Source: Lama glama | Lineage: Eukaryota | Length of the DNA: 64,000 nucleotides | Reading direction: 5' to 3' | Assembly (NCBI GenBank): GCA_028534125.1 | Contig: CM052828.1 | Coordinates: 7,440,001-7,504,000, forward strand | In this document: positions 25,751 to 36,791 of the stretch, piece by piece | Layout of the letters: each line of letters starts with the position of its first letter | Position numbering within the stretch: the first letter of the stretch is position 1 | Notes under the pieces: model-generated | What the model saw: only the letters and a program-made list of their open reading frames with translations | What the model was told of the DNA's origin: nothing | The model's database searches: none | Made by a program: the position numbers and the translations under genes

Positions 25751-26519
25751 TCCCGTATTAGGAACCATCTATTCAGACCAGAACTGTCAAGAACGCCTCC
25801 TGCATGCAGATCCTTTCTCTTGCTCCTCTCAGCACCTCTGTAAGGAGGACCATTGCTGATGGATTACCAAGCCTGTGTGCGTTTTCTGGGACATGCTGCC
25901 TCCCAACTCACAAATCTGGGTCTACCTGGTACGAAGCAGGAACCTTTCCCATGTCAGGCAACTGAGGGACACCTGCGGGAGGACTGACTGATTCATTTAT
26001 TTCTGAGAGGAGAGAGGCGGGGAAGGGCTTTGTCTTCTGTGACTGATAGGTAGTTGGCCCTCGTGTTCTCTCTTCCCTGACTCTGGGCAGACACAATGAT
26101 ATGACAGCCCTGAGTGTTCAGGAAACTAGTCCATCGTGGGATTGAGGACTTTTCTGGGATTAGTTAAAATCTTCTGTGAAGAAAACAGTGTCCCTATGTC
26201 CAAGTGAAAACAGAGCTGAGCTGTGCGTTTGTTTAGGAATTTGATCAAAAAGTCAAACTTAGACCGAAAATTATCCAAGTCAATATATATAAAACCCTAT
26301 AAGTGTTTAACTCTTCTAGTGAATTGCTTTTTATTTAAAAGTATATAATTGCAGAGAAAATAGAGCTAATTGGTTAAACTTCTTTACTCCAACATTTGGT
26401 TTCTGATCACTGGACTAAATAAAGGACCCAGGTTTCAGTAGTGGATCTTTCCTTGCTCACAGAAGGTCCTTCGGTCCTGGAATCCCAGCTCCCACACCTG
26501 AGACAGAGGTATGGCACTG

Positions 26520-26830
26520 CGGAGGCTGTGTCTTTGGGTTCTTAATTTGCCTCTAAGCACTGACTACCTGTCTGAACTTGGGCATGTTTCTTAGGTTTTC
26601 TGTGCCTCTGTTACCCTGTTTCTAAAATGAAAAAGATACCAGTATCTACCTCACTGTTTATCAGTAAGAATGTCACGATCCTCACAACACGTAAAGCATG
26701 GTGGCCAGGGCACAGCACAGCATGTGTCACCTTGGGCATGGGGCTAACACTGCTCCACCCCCAGCTATTGTGAGGATCAACTGAAATAGAGCGTTTTGAG
26801 AACTTGAAGTGCGCTTGTAACGTGCGTGTG
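26520..26830 (+). mobile_element. MIR SINE(s)
   Basis: aacttgggcatgtttctt...ctgtgcctctgttaccctgtttctaaaatg; gtgtcaccttgggc...ttgtgaggatcaactga. Confidence 0.7.
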
Positions 26831-27259
26831 TGCTGAGGTAAACGAGAAGCATCCGTGTCATTATCAAGTACTTTTGCCTTTTTTGTCTGCTTGCTCATTT
26901 TCCCTAAATTGCTTGATGAATGTGCAATTCTCCCTAAAGAAATAGGGCCCTCATGTAAGGATCTCTGTTTAGAATTTCTTTTATATTCTTTAATGTCATT
27001 CAACAATGTTTATAACATTTGGCTCTGTTCAAAGCCCTTTCAGAGACATCTCAGTCACTCCACGTGGCAGCCCTGAATAGTGCGTGTTGTAATTCTCCCT
27101 TCACAGATGAAGGAATGGGGCTCAGGGAGATTTTTCCAGCATCCTGCAAAGGGAGGATGTATAAAAAGGCAAATCTATGTTACAAACCTGGATCTTTCCA
27201 TCTCATGGTCCGTGTTCTCCACCTCAGGAGCTGCCTCTTGTGAGTGCTTACCCACTCAT

Positions 27260-27790
27260 CACTCGGAGTCCACTCGACCTGGGACACACTCGTGGCCAAC
27301 TTGCTCTGGAGTGCTTTCCACAGCCAGGCAGGAGTCTAGATCCACCGGGTGACTGACTGGGGGAGCCTCCCTGGGCCCGCCATCCCCGCTGCCTGTCTCC
27401 CTACAGCTCTGGCTGGCCCCCACCCCCGCCGGGCTCACTCCCACAGGCGCTGGCGCGGTCATGTGGGACAGCCCAGTAAAGGCCCAGCACCCAGCAGCAG
27501 CTCCATCGACCTTTTTGTGAAACTCCTACTTTGCTGAATTATTGCAATAATTGCGCCGCCATCTATGCTGTGTGAGGTTGCCCTCCGAGGGCAGAGGGTC
27601 AGCAGCTAATCAGCTGTCCTCTGCTCCTCGGAGAGATTTGAGCAACCTGCCGCCACAGCTCAGAGCCGGCCGCAGGCGGGTGCCCGGCCTCCGGCCGCCT
27701 TTCTGTATTCCAGCCCAGGCGCGCGCAGCTCGGCGGAGGTGAGGGTCACGATGCTCCACGGGCTCCCAAATCACTCCACGGCAATACTCT
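27260..27790. promoter_or_regulatory. Small CpG-rich island; candidate promoter or enhancer
   Basis: The only strongly CpG-dense region in the window (gccggccgcaggcgggtgcccggcctccggccgcc, ggcgcgcgcagctcggcgg); not repeat-like; donor-like GAG|GTGAGG at 27738/27739. Confidence 0.6.
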
Positions 27791-28827
27791 TTATGGACCC
27801 TATTATTGTCAGTAGAAAACAATTTTGAGGCCCGTATGTGATTAGGGCATATGGCCAGCTGCAGGCATTTGAAGAAAATAGCTTTTTACATTTCCTTTTA
27901 TTGAATTTGGAGAATTTGCGGTTTAATGCAGAGTTTCGTGCTGCATTTCAATACAGCAAAACGTGGAAGGAAGTTCTTTTAAAGCTACAGATGGATTGTG
28001 TAACGCTTTGATTAAATAGTTGTTAGTGAGTCACATTTCCCTGCACTCATCAAGGGCTTTTCTCTGAAGATGGTAATTCTCACCTTTGATTTCATTATTT
28101 TATGAAGGAAGACAGAAGGGAAAAGGAAATACAATTTAAAGAGTTATTTTACTCATCCAATCAATATGCAAAAAGGAAAACCAAGAGGACACACAAGAAA
28201 TAAACTAGCACACTGCCAAGCTTTCTAGGCATGAGGTTTTTTTTAAGATCTAAAATCGCTGGTTATAAAATTAATAAATTAGCTTTCTGATTAAAATGTA
28301 ACCAACTTTCAAAATGAATTCTCCTCTTCATCCCTAACGCAGTGGTGCTGTGTGCATAAGGCAATGAGTCAGGAACTTCCCAGCGATAGAGTGTTGCCTC
28401 TTGGGTTCTCACAGTGAAAGAATATTTAATAGTGTACTGTTATATCCCTTTTAGTGTGTTTATGATTTTAAGTCTCTTCTTTTCTGGAAACTCAGTTACA
28501 CATCCTAGAGGGTGGAGAGCTTGTGTGTGGTGCCTTCCGTGTTCCCCCTGGTTTGACTGCGACAGGCATGTGTATCACATGTAGGAGACAGGAGAAAGGC
28601 AGATGGGTTCCAAGTCCAGAAAAGCTCTAATATACAAAATAGAACTGCGTAGAAAAATACATGACTTATATTTAAACACAGCTATTTGGTCCTTTAATAT
28701 ACAGGAAGAATACTATGGAAGGTTTTTGAAACAGGAAATGGGGGGAAAAAACTATAGAGAAAGACGGTCTATTTTTTCCCATGGGATCCCCAGAGGCAGT
28801 TGATCTAGGCGATATTTCTTCCCATCT

Positions 28828-29225
28828 GTGGTGAGAGTGCTAGCTATTTACCAAACTCTGTTTCCTCTCCTTCCCAGCACTCAGCTAGAACTCATTTTCC
28901 AGTTGCCCCTACAGTTTGGTGTGGCCAAATTATATTTATAGTGAATGGAATGTGAGTAGAAGTGACATCTGTCATATCTAGGCCTGGCATGAAAACCTCC
29001 CACACATGTTCTTCCATACTCTTCCCATTTTTGCTGACTTTGGAAGGCACGTGTCAGAGATGACAGGCATTACCAGCCTGTCGCCCTGAAAGACTGCGCC
29101 CACTGACTTGAACCAGCCTGAACCACCCCGACCTATGACCTAAACGAGAGCTTTCTGTCATTTGGAGGCGTTGCCTGTTGGGCCCATTTGTCACTGCAGT
29201 TTTCACATACCATAACTAACATACT
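28828..29225 (+). mobile_element. MaLR solo LTR (MLT1I/J-like)
   Basis: aatggaatgtgagtagaagtgac...aggcctggc...atttgtcactgcag. Confidence 0.75.
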
Positions 29226-29544
29226 TGCAACTGTTAGGTCAGGATAAATGCTACTTCGAGCTGGGAGCTGAGAGATCACTGGAACAGGACTCTCAGCAAT
29301 GTTGGTTGGGCACATCATCACAGAGACAGATCAGACAGCGCTCATGTGATGCTAAGGGTTCTGCCTTTACTGCCACATTTCTCAAGGTGCTACTCAGCAC
29401 ACATCCAGTGCAAGCTGAGTGGGCCATAGAATCTGCCGAAGACTCACTACCGAGTTAACGATGATGGATGGAGGAAGCAGCACTCCAGACCTCAACAAGA
29501 AGAGCAGAATGGCTCCCAAAAGAGTATATGAGCCGTCTGGGATT

Positions 29545-29558
29545 CTGCCCTCTAGGGG
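29545..29558 (-). promoter_or_regulatory. Candidate CTCF motif
   Basis: Minus strand CCCCTAGAGGGCAG versus core CCACTAGAGGGCAG (1 mismatch). Confidence 0.4.
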
Positions 29559-29600
29559 ATGGGAAAGGACCTGGGAGGCTCGGAGCACCAATGGCATCCT

Positions 29601-29623
29601 TGTGTGTGTGTGTGTGTGTGTGT
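29601..29623. repeat. (TG)n microsatellite
   Basis: Directly visible. Confidence 0.95.
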
Positions 29624-30769
29624 CAGTGTGTAAATATATACATATAGGTGGGTGTTCAAAGCTTCAGACGTCTTTCCTCTATCTTTTCTCACTACTGCAT
29701 TTGGTACCAGACTTCTTTGATGGCCTTCCCCCATGCAGGTATACCTAAGGGTTGCGTTTTAACTACATCCAGTAAAAGCAGAAGATAGGACTCAAGAGAT
29801 TATGTGCAGTCAATTTTTTTTTGTTGCTATGGAGGATGTGGAATTTGTATCAGCTGACTTACTTAGTGCATTTGCTTATATTTTCCAAAAATGTCTGAAG
29901 TTTTCTACTTTCTAACTTTGTTCTTCTCACCTGGAGAATTACAGTTTTCACCTGAGGCCCAAAATAACGACTCGCTGTCATGTCTAGGTTTATTGGGCTA
30001 GTTATGAGATCCTGAGGCAATTCAAGATCTTCATTTTTATCACTCTACATAAAAATCTGATTAGCAAGTACTTTTCAGCGATCTCACTGTCTTTCAGAAT
30101 CACCTCTGCTTTCTTACATTTTAGATTACACTCTTATTTTTAAAGGAACTTATCTTTTGGGGGCCTGTTTAAAGCTCGCTGCTGAGCTATTGATGGGAAG
30201 TTCCCAGGAAATTATTTTTTTTCTTTTCTTCTGGTTGGCTACAGAAATAAGTGAGACTTTCTGATGTGCATGTGTGTGTTACTTCTAAGATTTATTGTCT
30301 AATTCAAAAGCCAAAGCAAGGCCTAGAAAGTGTTTCTTTTCTTTTTCTTTTTTTTTTTTTTTGTTCCATTTGAGCTAAGTTCTTAAAAGGAATTAAGTAT
30401 CTGGTAGATTTGGCAGCACCATGCTCTCATTTCTGCCTGCATCAATTGGACCCGCGTAGAGGCTGACCACTGAGATGGTTCATGAGCTTCTCTGACAGAG
30501 TGGCTGCCGCTTGTTCACTGTACACACAGGCACTTAGGTAGGTTGCTTCTTTTATGTATATTTTCCTGATCTCTGTACACATTGGAGTTTGCAACCCTGG
30601 GTTTAATTATTAAACTGTGACTCTGTATTTCTAAATGCACATAATTGAAAAGCCAACTAGTATAAATCTGTATATCTGAAGGAGATTTTAACCTGTCATT
30701 TGTAAATTTTAGGTGGTTCAGCACCAGAAAAGAATGCTCTATGCCATTCATTTATGAAAGTGCATGTAA

Positions 30770-31300
30770 AGAGTCAAGATAAAATATTAACCAGGTATTA
30801 AAACACCAAGAAGTCTTTAGTCAAGCATTGCAAGGAATAATTACATGAGAAATTTATCATTGGAATTCATTGTATTAGCAGATAAAAAGAGGAAAAATTA
30901 AGCCTAGTCATTTCAATTGGTGATAAAAAAGGAATTTGACAAAATTTTATACCTATTCATGATTTCAAAAAACAAATTGCTTCTCATATTAGTGTAGAAG
31001 AAAATTTCTTTAATTCCAGAAAAACTACCAGAAGTCCAGAACTGATAGCACACTTAGTGCTGAAATGGTAAGTGTGTTCCCATTAGGTTCAGAAGTAAGA
31101 TAAGGAAGCCTGTTATTGTCAGTGTTCAGTGTTGTGTGGAAGGTCCTTGCTAGTGCACTAAAATAAGGAAAAGAATGCATATGCAGAAATATTGGCAAAA
31201 AAGGAGAAAACCCCATTGAATGGGATGTGCAGTCTACCTAGAAAAAGAACAAAATCAATTAGCAGCATCTTAAACCTGTGTTTAGCAAGGTGACCAGATA
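30770..31300 (+). mobile_element. Old L1M ORF2 (RT region) remnant
   Basis: catttcaattggtgataaaaaaggaatttgacaaaattttatacctattcatga resembles the ISIDAEKAFDKIQHPFM coding segment; gtccttgctagtgcac. Confidence 0.75.
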
Positions 31301-31304
31301 AACC

Positions 31305-31840
31305 AATGGATGATGCATTCATCCATCATGCTTATGTAATGTGCCATGAAACTTTAGTAAAAACCCTTGAACAACTTGAGTGATGAGATTCAGAGAGCTC
31401 CTGGGTTGGTGCCCACGTGGATGTGCTGGGAGGGGGGCATGTCCACAGAGGATATGGAAGCTCTGCATCTCCCTCCCCCTTACCTTGCCCTGTGCGTTTC
31501 TTCTATCTGGCTGCTCTGGGATTGTGTTCTTTGTAATAAAAATGTAATCAGAAGTATAGTGCTTTCCTGAATTATGTGAGTCATTCTAGTGAATTATAGA
31601 ACCTGGAGGGGGAAGATATGGGAACCCCTAAATTTGTAGTCAGCTGGGCAGAAGTGTGGGTAGCCTGGAGACCTCATTTGCAGCTGGTGTCTGAAGTAGG
31701 GTCAGTCTTATGGGACTGAGCCTTTCATCTATGGAATGTGTGCTAACTCCAGGGAGTTACTGTCAGAATTGAAATGAATTGTAGGACATCCAGTTGGTGT
31801 TCAGAGAACTAGGGAATTGATTGTTGTTGTAAAGACATAA
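31305..31840 (+). mobile_element. MER21C-like LTR inserted in old L1
   Basis: atggaagctctgca...taccttgccct...aataaa...gtctgaagtagggtcagtcttatgggactgagcc. Confidence 0.85.
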
Positions 31841-31849
31841 TAATAGTTA

Positions 31850-32540
31850 ACAAAAAATAATAAAAAATCTTGTAGAGGAAAAAATGTTAAATTGATATGT
31901 GTGAAAAATTAAGCACAATTATTGGCATGCAAAAATTTAAAAACTGGTAATTGAGAACAGCTATCATCAAAAGAGCTGCCTCTGAATGTCACAAACTATC
32001 GTGTGCATTTTCGCCATCGTTATAGATTCTTCATCAAGGTCATTTGTATGCACAGATCACAGCAATTTTTTGATTTTTGAGATATGTGGTCCCAGAAACT
32101 TATTTATTTCATGAAAGAAAAACTCTATCTCACATAAAAGATTATTGGCATATACTTAGAAAGAAGTAAGTCAGGACTTGTTAGCATATAAAGGCTGAAG
32201 AGAATACATTACAAAGAAGAAAAGGGATCATTATAACTAGAAAAATTTAATTATTGATTAAAATGCTATAATATTCTGTAAGTATTAGCTGGAATAAACA
32301 GAAAGAATACATGCACATGAGTGTATCCGTCTTCACACATACATACATACACAGGAGCAAAGAAGCACTCTGGAAAGACTCACAGGAGACTGGCCCTGGT
32401 AGCTGGAGTCCGGAGGGAGGGAAATAGTGAAAGGAGGAATCAGATAGGAGAGACATCTTTCTTGTTCCCTTACATACTAATTGATTTTTCCCCTCCTTAT
32501 CCTGTGCAGGTGTTACCTTAAAATTAAAATAGAGAAAAAT
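31850..32540 (+). mobile_element. Old L1ME fragments (continuation)
   Basis: Degenerate ORF2 and 3'UTR-like segments (tctggaaagactcacaggagactg). Confidence 0.45.
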
Positions 32541-34289
32541 TAAAGCCTTATTGTTATTCATATTTTACAAATGAGGAAACTAGAGTTCTAAGGAGTTTAG
32601 TGCTTACTTATAAAACCAAGTTAGATAGATTTTCTTTCACAGCCCCTGCTATACTTTCAGGCATTAAAATCATAAATCACTCCTATCAATGGTCTGGGCC
32701 ATCAAGAAAGGATATATATTTTAGGTAACAAACAGAGGCATGAAATCCTGAGGTCTTTTGAGGACATTAGGGGAGCTTAGGATTCATGAGACTATTCTCT
32801 TAGTCTGATGAAGAGAAAATGAAACCACATCATCACACATGCCCATAGAATATTAATTGTTCTTGATGAATGGCCTGGCTTTGGTTCCAGTGCATGGAAT
32901 CCTGAAGAGAAAGATCTGGTGGTTTTCACACAGCGTTTTGTAAATCTGTCACCTTTGGGCGGTGGGGAGGGGGCTCTTGCTTGCCTTTTCTATGGATGAG
33001 TAATAGGTATACACACTGCACTTGAATTTGCCTTTCCTGTTTCCATAAAACGGAATAGAGTGCCAAGTGTCAGACTAAAAGTGTTTGTGTCTGATATTCT
33101 TATATTTTTAGAATAAATATTGGATAAAAGCAAAAGTAGCTATATTAATTATGCCATGCAGCAGGTGAGCCAGAAATCATGTAGGTGGCACATTTCCATC
33201 CCTGGGGTATTTTATGACAGCTATAAACCTATAAAAGGCCTGATTTGCAAAGGAAACACTGACAGGCTTTCAGAATAGCGGTGCAAATGACACCACAAAG
33301 ATTACAACAATATGACATGTTTTCTTCTCTTAAGATTTAAAGGTTTCAATTAAAAGGAAAAAATAAAACAAAACAATGACAACGCTCCTTTCTTTACTTG
33401 GAATGCTGAGGAAATTCCCACCAGGGCTTGAAATTCAGAAAATAAATGGACTGCCACTATCATAAGTGATTAAAGATGACAACAGACAAAATCCCTGCCA
33501 CAGTGATCTACTTACACAGCCGGAAGTGAACAAAGTAACAATCAAGCCATTTGCCCGTGTAAACATTGCATGTTTTCCCCAGTTGCCTGCCTAGCACTGT
33601 AGCCCTTTGTCTCCATAACTGCTCACTCTCCCTCAACCCACGCTCTGAACCCCCTTCCAACTATGCCCCAGTGCCCTCCCAGACCTACAAGCCTGTGGGG
33701 AATTACTTTCCAGGGAAAAAAATCTGCTCTCTTAAGAGCTTTGCAACAAGTGTACCGCAAACGGACCAATATTATATCTTAAACCCGAAAGCTTTCTCCT
33801 TCGACAGCCTTCCTCATCCATTCTTCACCATCAGTGCAACGTATGCTGAACCCCCACTGCCTTCATCCATCCTGGGGACTTTGCAGAATGAAGACATGCC
33901 TTTCAGTTCTAAAACAGCAATCAATGTACGGCACTTGGCCAAATAAAATTTACACATTGCTGTTTGCTATTTTATGATATTCTTACCTTCTCCTTAATAT
34001 TTGGGGGTGGATGACTGCCACATGGTAAAGAAAAGTAAGAGAGAAGAACTATTTTGGAAAATGTGAAAAGGGAAAAGCAAGCTTTGTGTCTAAAATGAAG
34101 AAGCACAGAAATGAGAAAAAGATATGAGAAGGGCACTGAAGAACACTTCTTTCATGACTAAATTTCTGTTAAGTCCTCCTTTTGACATAAGAGAAATAAA
34201 CAGATTGTTCAGGCTTGTATATCCATTCCTGCAATCCCCCTGTTGCATAGTCCATGCTGGAAGTTCAGAGACATTTATAATCCCCCAAA

Positions 34290-36400
34290 TATTTTTATTA
34301 TCGTTTTTGAGTTATTTGAGAGTAGGTTGCATGTCATGCCTCTTTACCCCTTAACGCTTCAGTTTGTGTTTCCCAAAATCAAAGCTGTTGTACAGTTACC
34401 AAATTCAGAAATATATTTTGATATATTTTTATCTGCCACTATAGAGTCAGTACTCCAATTCAGGGGTTGTCCCATAAAGTACTTAATAGCATTTTTTTTT
34501 CCTTAACAAGATCCAGTCCAGAATGAAAAGTTACATTTAACCAGTTATATCTTTTTGTTTTCCTTTATTCTGGGACAGTTTCTCAGTTTTCTTTGTTTAT
34601 CTTTAATGATTTTGACACTTTTGACAAATTAGGCCAGATATCTCATAGAGTGTCTATGGATTTGGGTTTGTGTGATAGTTCATGATTTTTCACTGGCATG
34701 TGACCGAAATGACATTTTGTCCATCTTGGGATATTAAATCCAGAGACACAGAATGTCTGTTTTTTCCTTATTGGTGATGTTAACTTTAATCATTTGATTA
34801 AGGTATTGTCCAGTTGCTCCACTGTACAGTTATTAATTTTCCTTTTGTGATTATTAACTATTTTGTGGGAAGATATTTGACACCACATTTTCTCCCTAGA
34901 TTTAGCATCCATTAATGACTCCTACCTTGATCAGTTTTAACTATGATGTTTGCAAAATAATGATGTGTTTAAAATTCTAGCATTCCTCCAACATTTATTA
35001 GTCAGAATTATACTATGAGAAAAAGTTTTCCCTTCTCACTCTCTCATTAATTCACTCATTCATTCATTATCAGTATTATCTCATGGGTTCTTATTTTATT
35101 CAATGAATTGTAATTTGCCACCATTTCTCAGACTTAGCCAGTGGGAACTCCTTCAGTTTTCCTTTTCTATCTCTTTTTATTAAGGACTTTATGTATATAC
35201 AGTAAAACTCTCCCATTTGATTTATACAGGGAATCCATCACCACAACCAAGATTAGAACAGTTCATTTATCCTAGAACATTTTTGTACCCGGAGCAGCTG
35301 ATTCCTTCTCACCAGCTCCAGCTCCTGGCAACCACTGATATGTTGCCTTTTTCTAAAAGTTCAAGTAAATGAAATCAACTTGAATCCCATTTGGTAAGGA
35401 TTTTTTAAAAAATGCCCATTGCTAGATTTGCTAACATTTTGTTTAGGATTTTAACATGCGTATTCATGTGTGAGATTGTATTTAAATTTTCTTTCTCATT
35501 TTGTCCTTGACAAGTTTGGGAACCAAGTTTCTGTGCCCTCATAAAGTTATTTGGCAAGTACCCCTTTTTTACAATTTCCCCAAAGAATGTATAAGATACT
35601 AGAATAATCCATTCCTTGGAAAGTACATAGAACTCACCTGTCTGGGCCTGGTGTCTTTCTTCTGAGAAGATTTTAAACTACTGTTTCAATTTATTCAATT
35701 ATTATAAGATTCTTCAGGCTTTTTATTTCTTTCTGAGTCAGAATTGGTCAATTATTTCATACTAGGCCTCTGACTATTACAGCTTCAAGATTTGATGACA
35801 CAAAGTTATTCATCGCATGCTCTTTGAATTTTGTAATGCCTGCTTTATCTGTAATTATGTTCTCTTTTTAAAATTACTAATATAGCTTATTCATACCAAT
35901 TTTTTTGATGAAAGTTTGTCAGAGATTTGTAACTTTTACAGAGTGTGTGTTTTAAGACCCAGATAGTGAATGTGTTAATACTCTCTATTATATACCTGTT
36001 TTCCATTTAAAAACATAGTGGAGAGGATAAAAATTCTTTAAAGGATCTCTTTTCTGGCAGGTGGATTTTTTTTTTCTGACCCATTTTTTAAATAATACAG
36101 CCATCTCCATGCTCCTGACCTCATGTCACATCTTACCTTCAGCTTTGCCTCTTTGAGTGGTCCTAGGGCTTTATTTGATTCCAAGTCATCTCCAAAGCTC
36201 TCCTTTTGCCCCCAGGACAGACACATTCTGGGTTAAAAGGTTACTTCTCACCCATTTGCTTTCAGCTTATGTTTTCTTCTTTCCTGGTAGGTGTTTTACG
36301 TACTGTCCTGCAAGCTCATCAATGAATTTTAAAATGTGCTTGTTATAATTTATCCAGAGGATATTATGAGACGAGGGCTTTTTAAAACTACCAAGTTTGT
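34290..36400 (-). mobile_element. Cluster of old L1 (L1MC/L1ME) fragments
   Basis: caagatccagtccag; cttattggtgatgttaactttaatcatttgattaagg; cctggcaaccactgat; gatttgctaacattttgtttaggatttt. Confidence 0.8.
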
Positions 36401-36476
36401 ATGCACTTAGGATCTGAAATCTATTGAATTAAAGACAAATTTAATAAAATTAGAAAAGAAAAATGATTCTGTGTAG

Positions 36477-36791
36477 CAGGGCTATCCAGTAGAACCAAAA
36501 CATGAGCCACATATGTAACCGTCAATTCTCTGGTAGCTACGTTAAAAAACGGGAAAGAAATAGGTGAAATTAATTTTTAAAATATATTTTATTTGACCCT
36601 GTATATCCAAAATATTACTATTTCATCATAATCAGCATAAAAGTTATTAATGAAATAGTTTACATGTTTTTGCACCAAGTCTTCCGAAGGTATATGTCTT
36701 TATACTTACACAACAGTTCGACATGGACTAGTTCAATTTCAAGTGTTCAGTGTCATACGACATTCGTGGCTACAATACTAGGTAGTGCAGT
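36477..36791. mobile_element. MER33 (hAT-Charlie)
   Basis: tgagccacatatgtaa...aggtgaaattaattttt...tatccaaaatatta...gtggctac. Confidence 0.8.
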
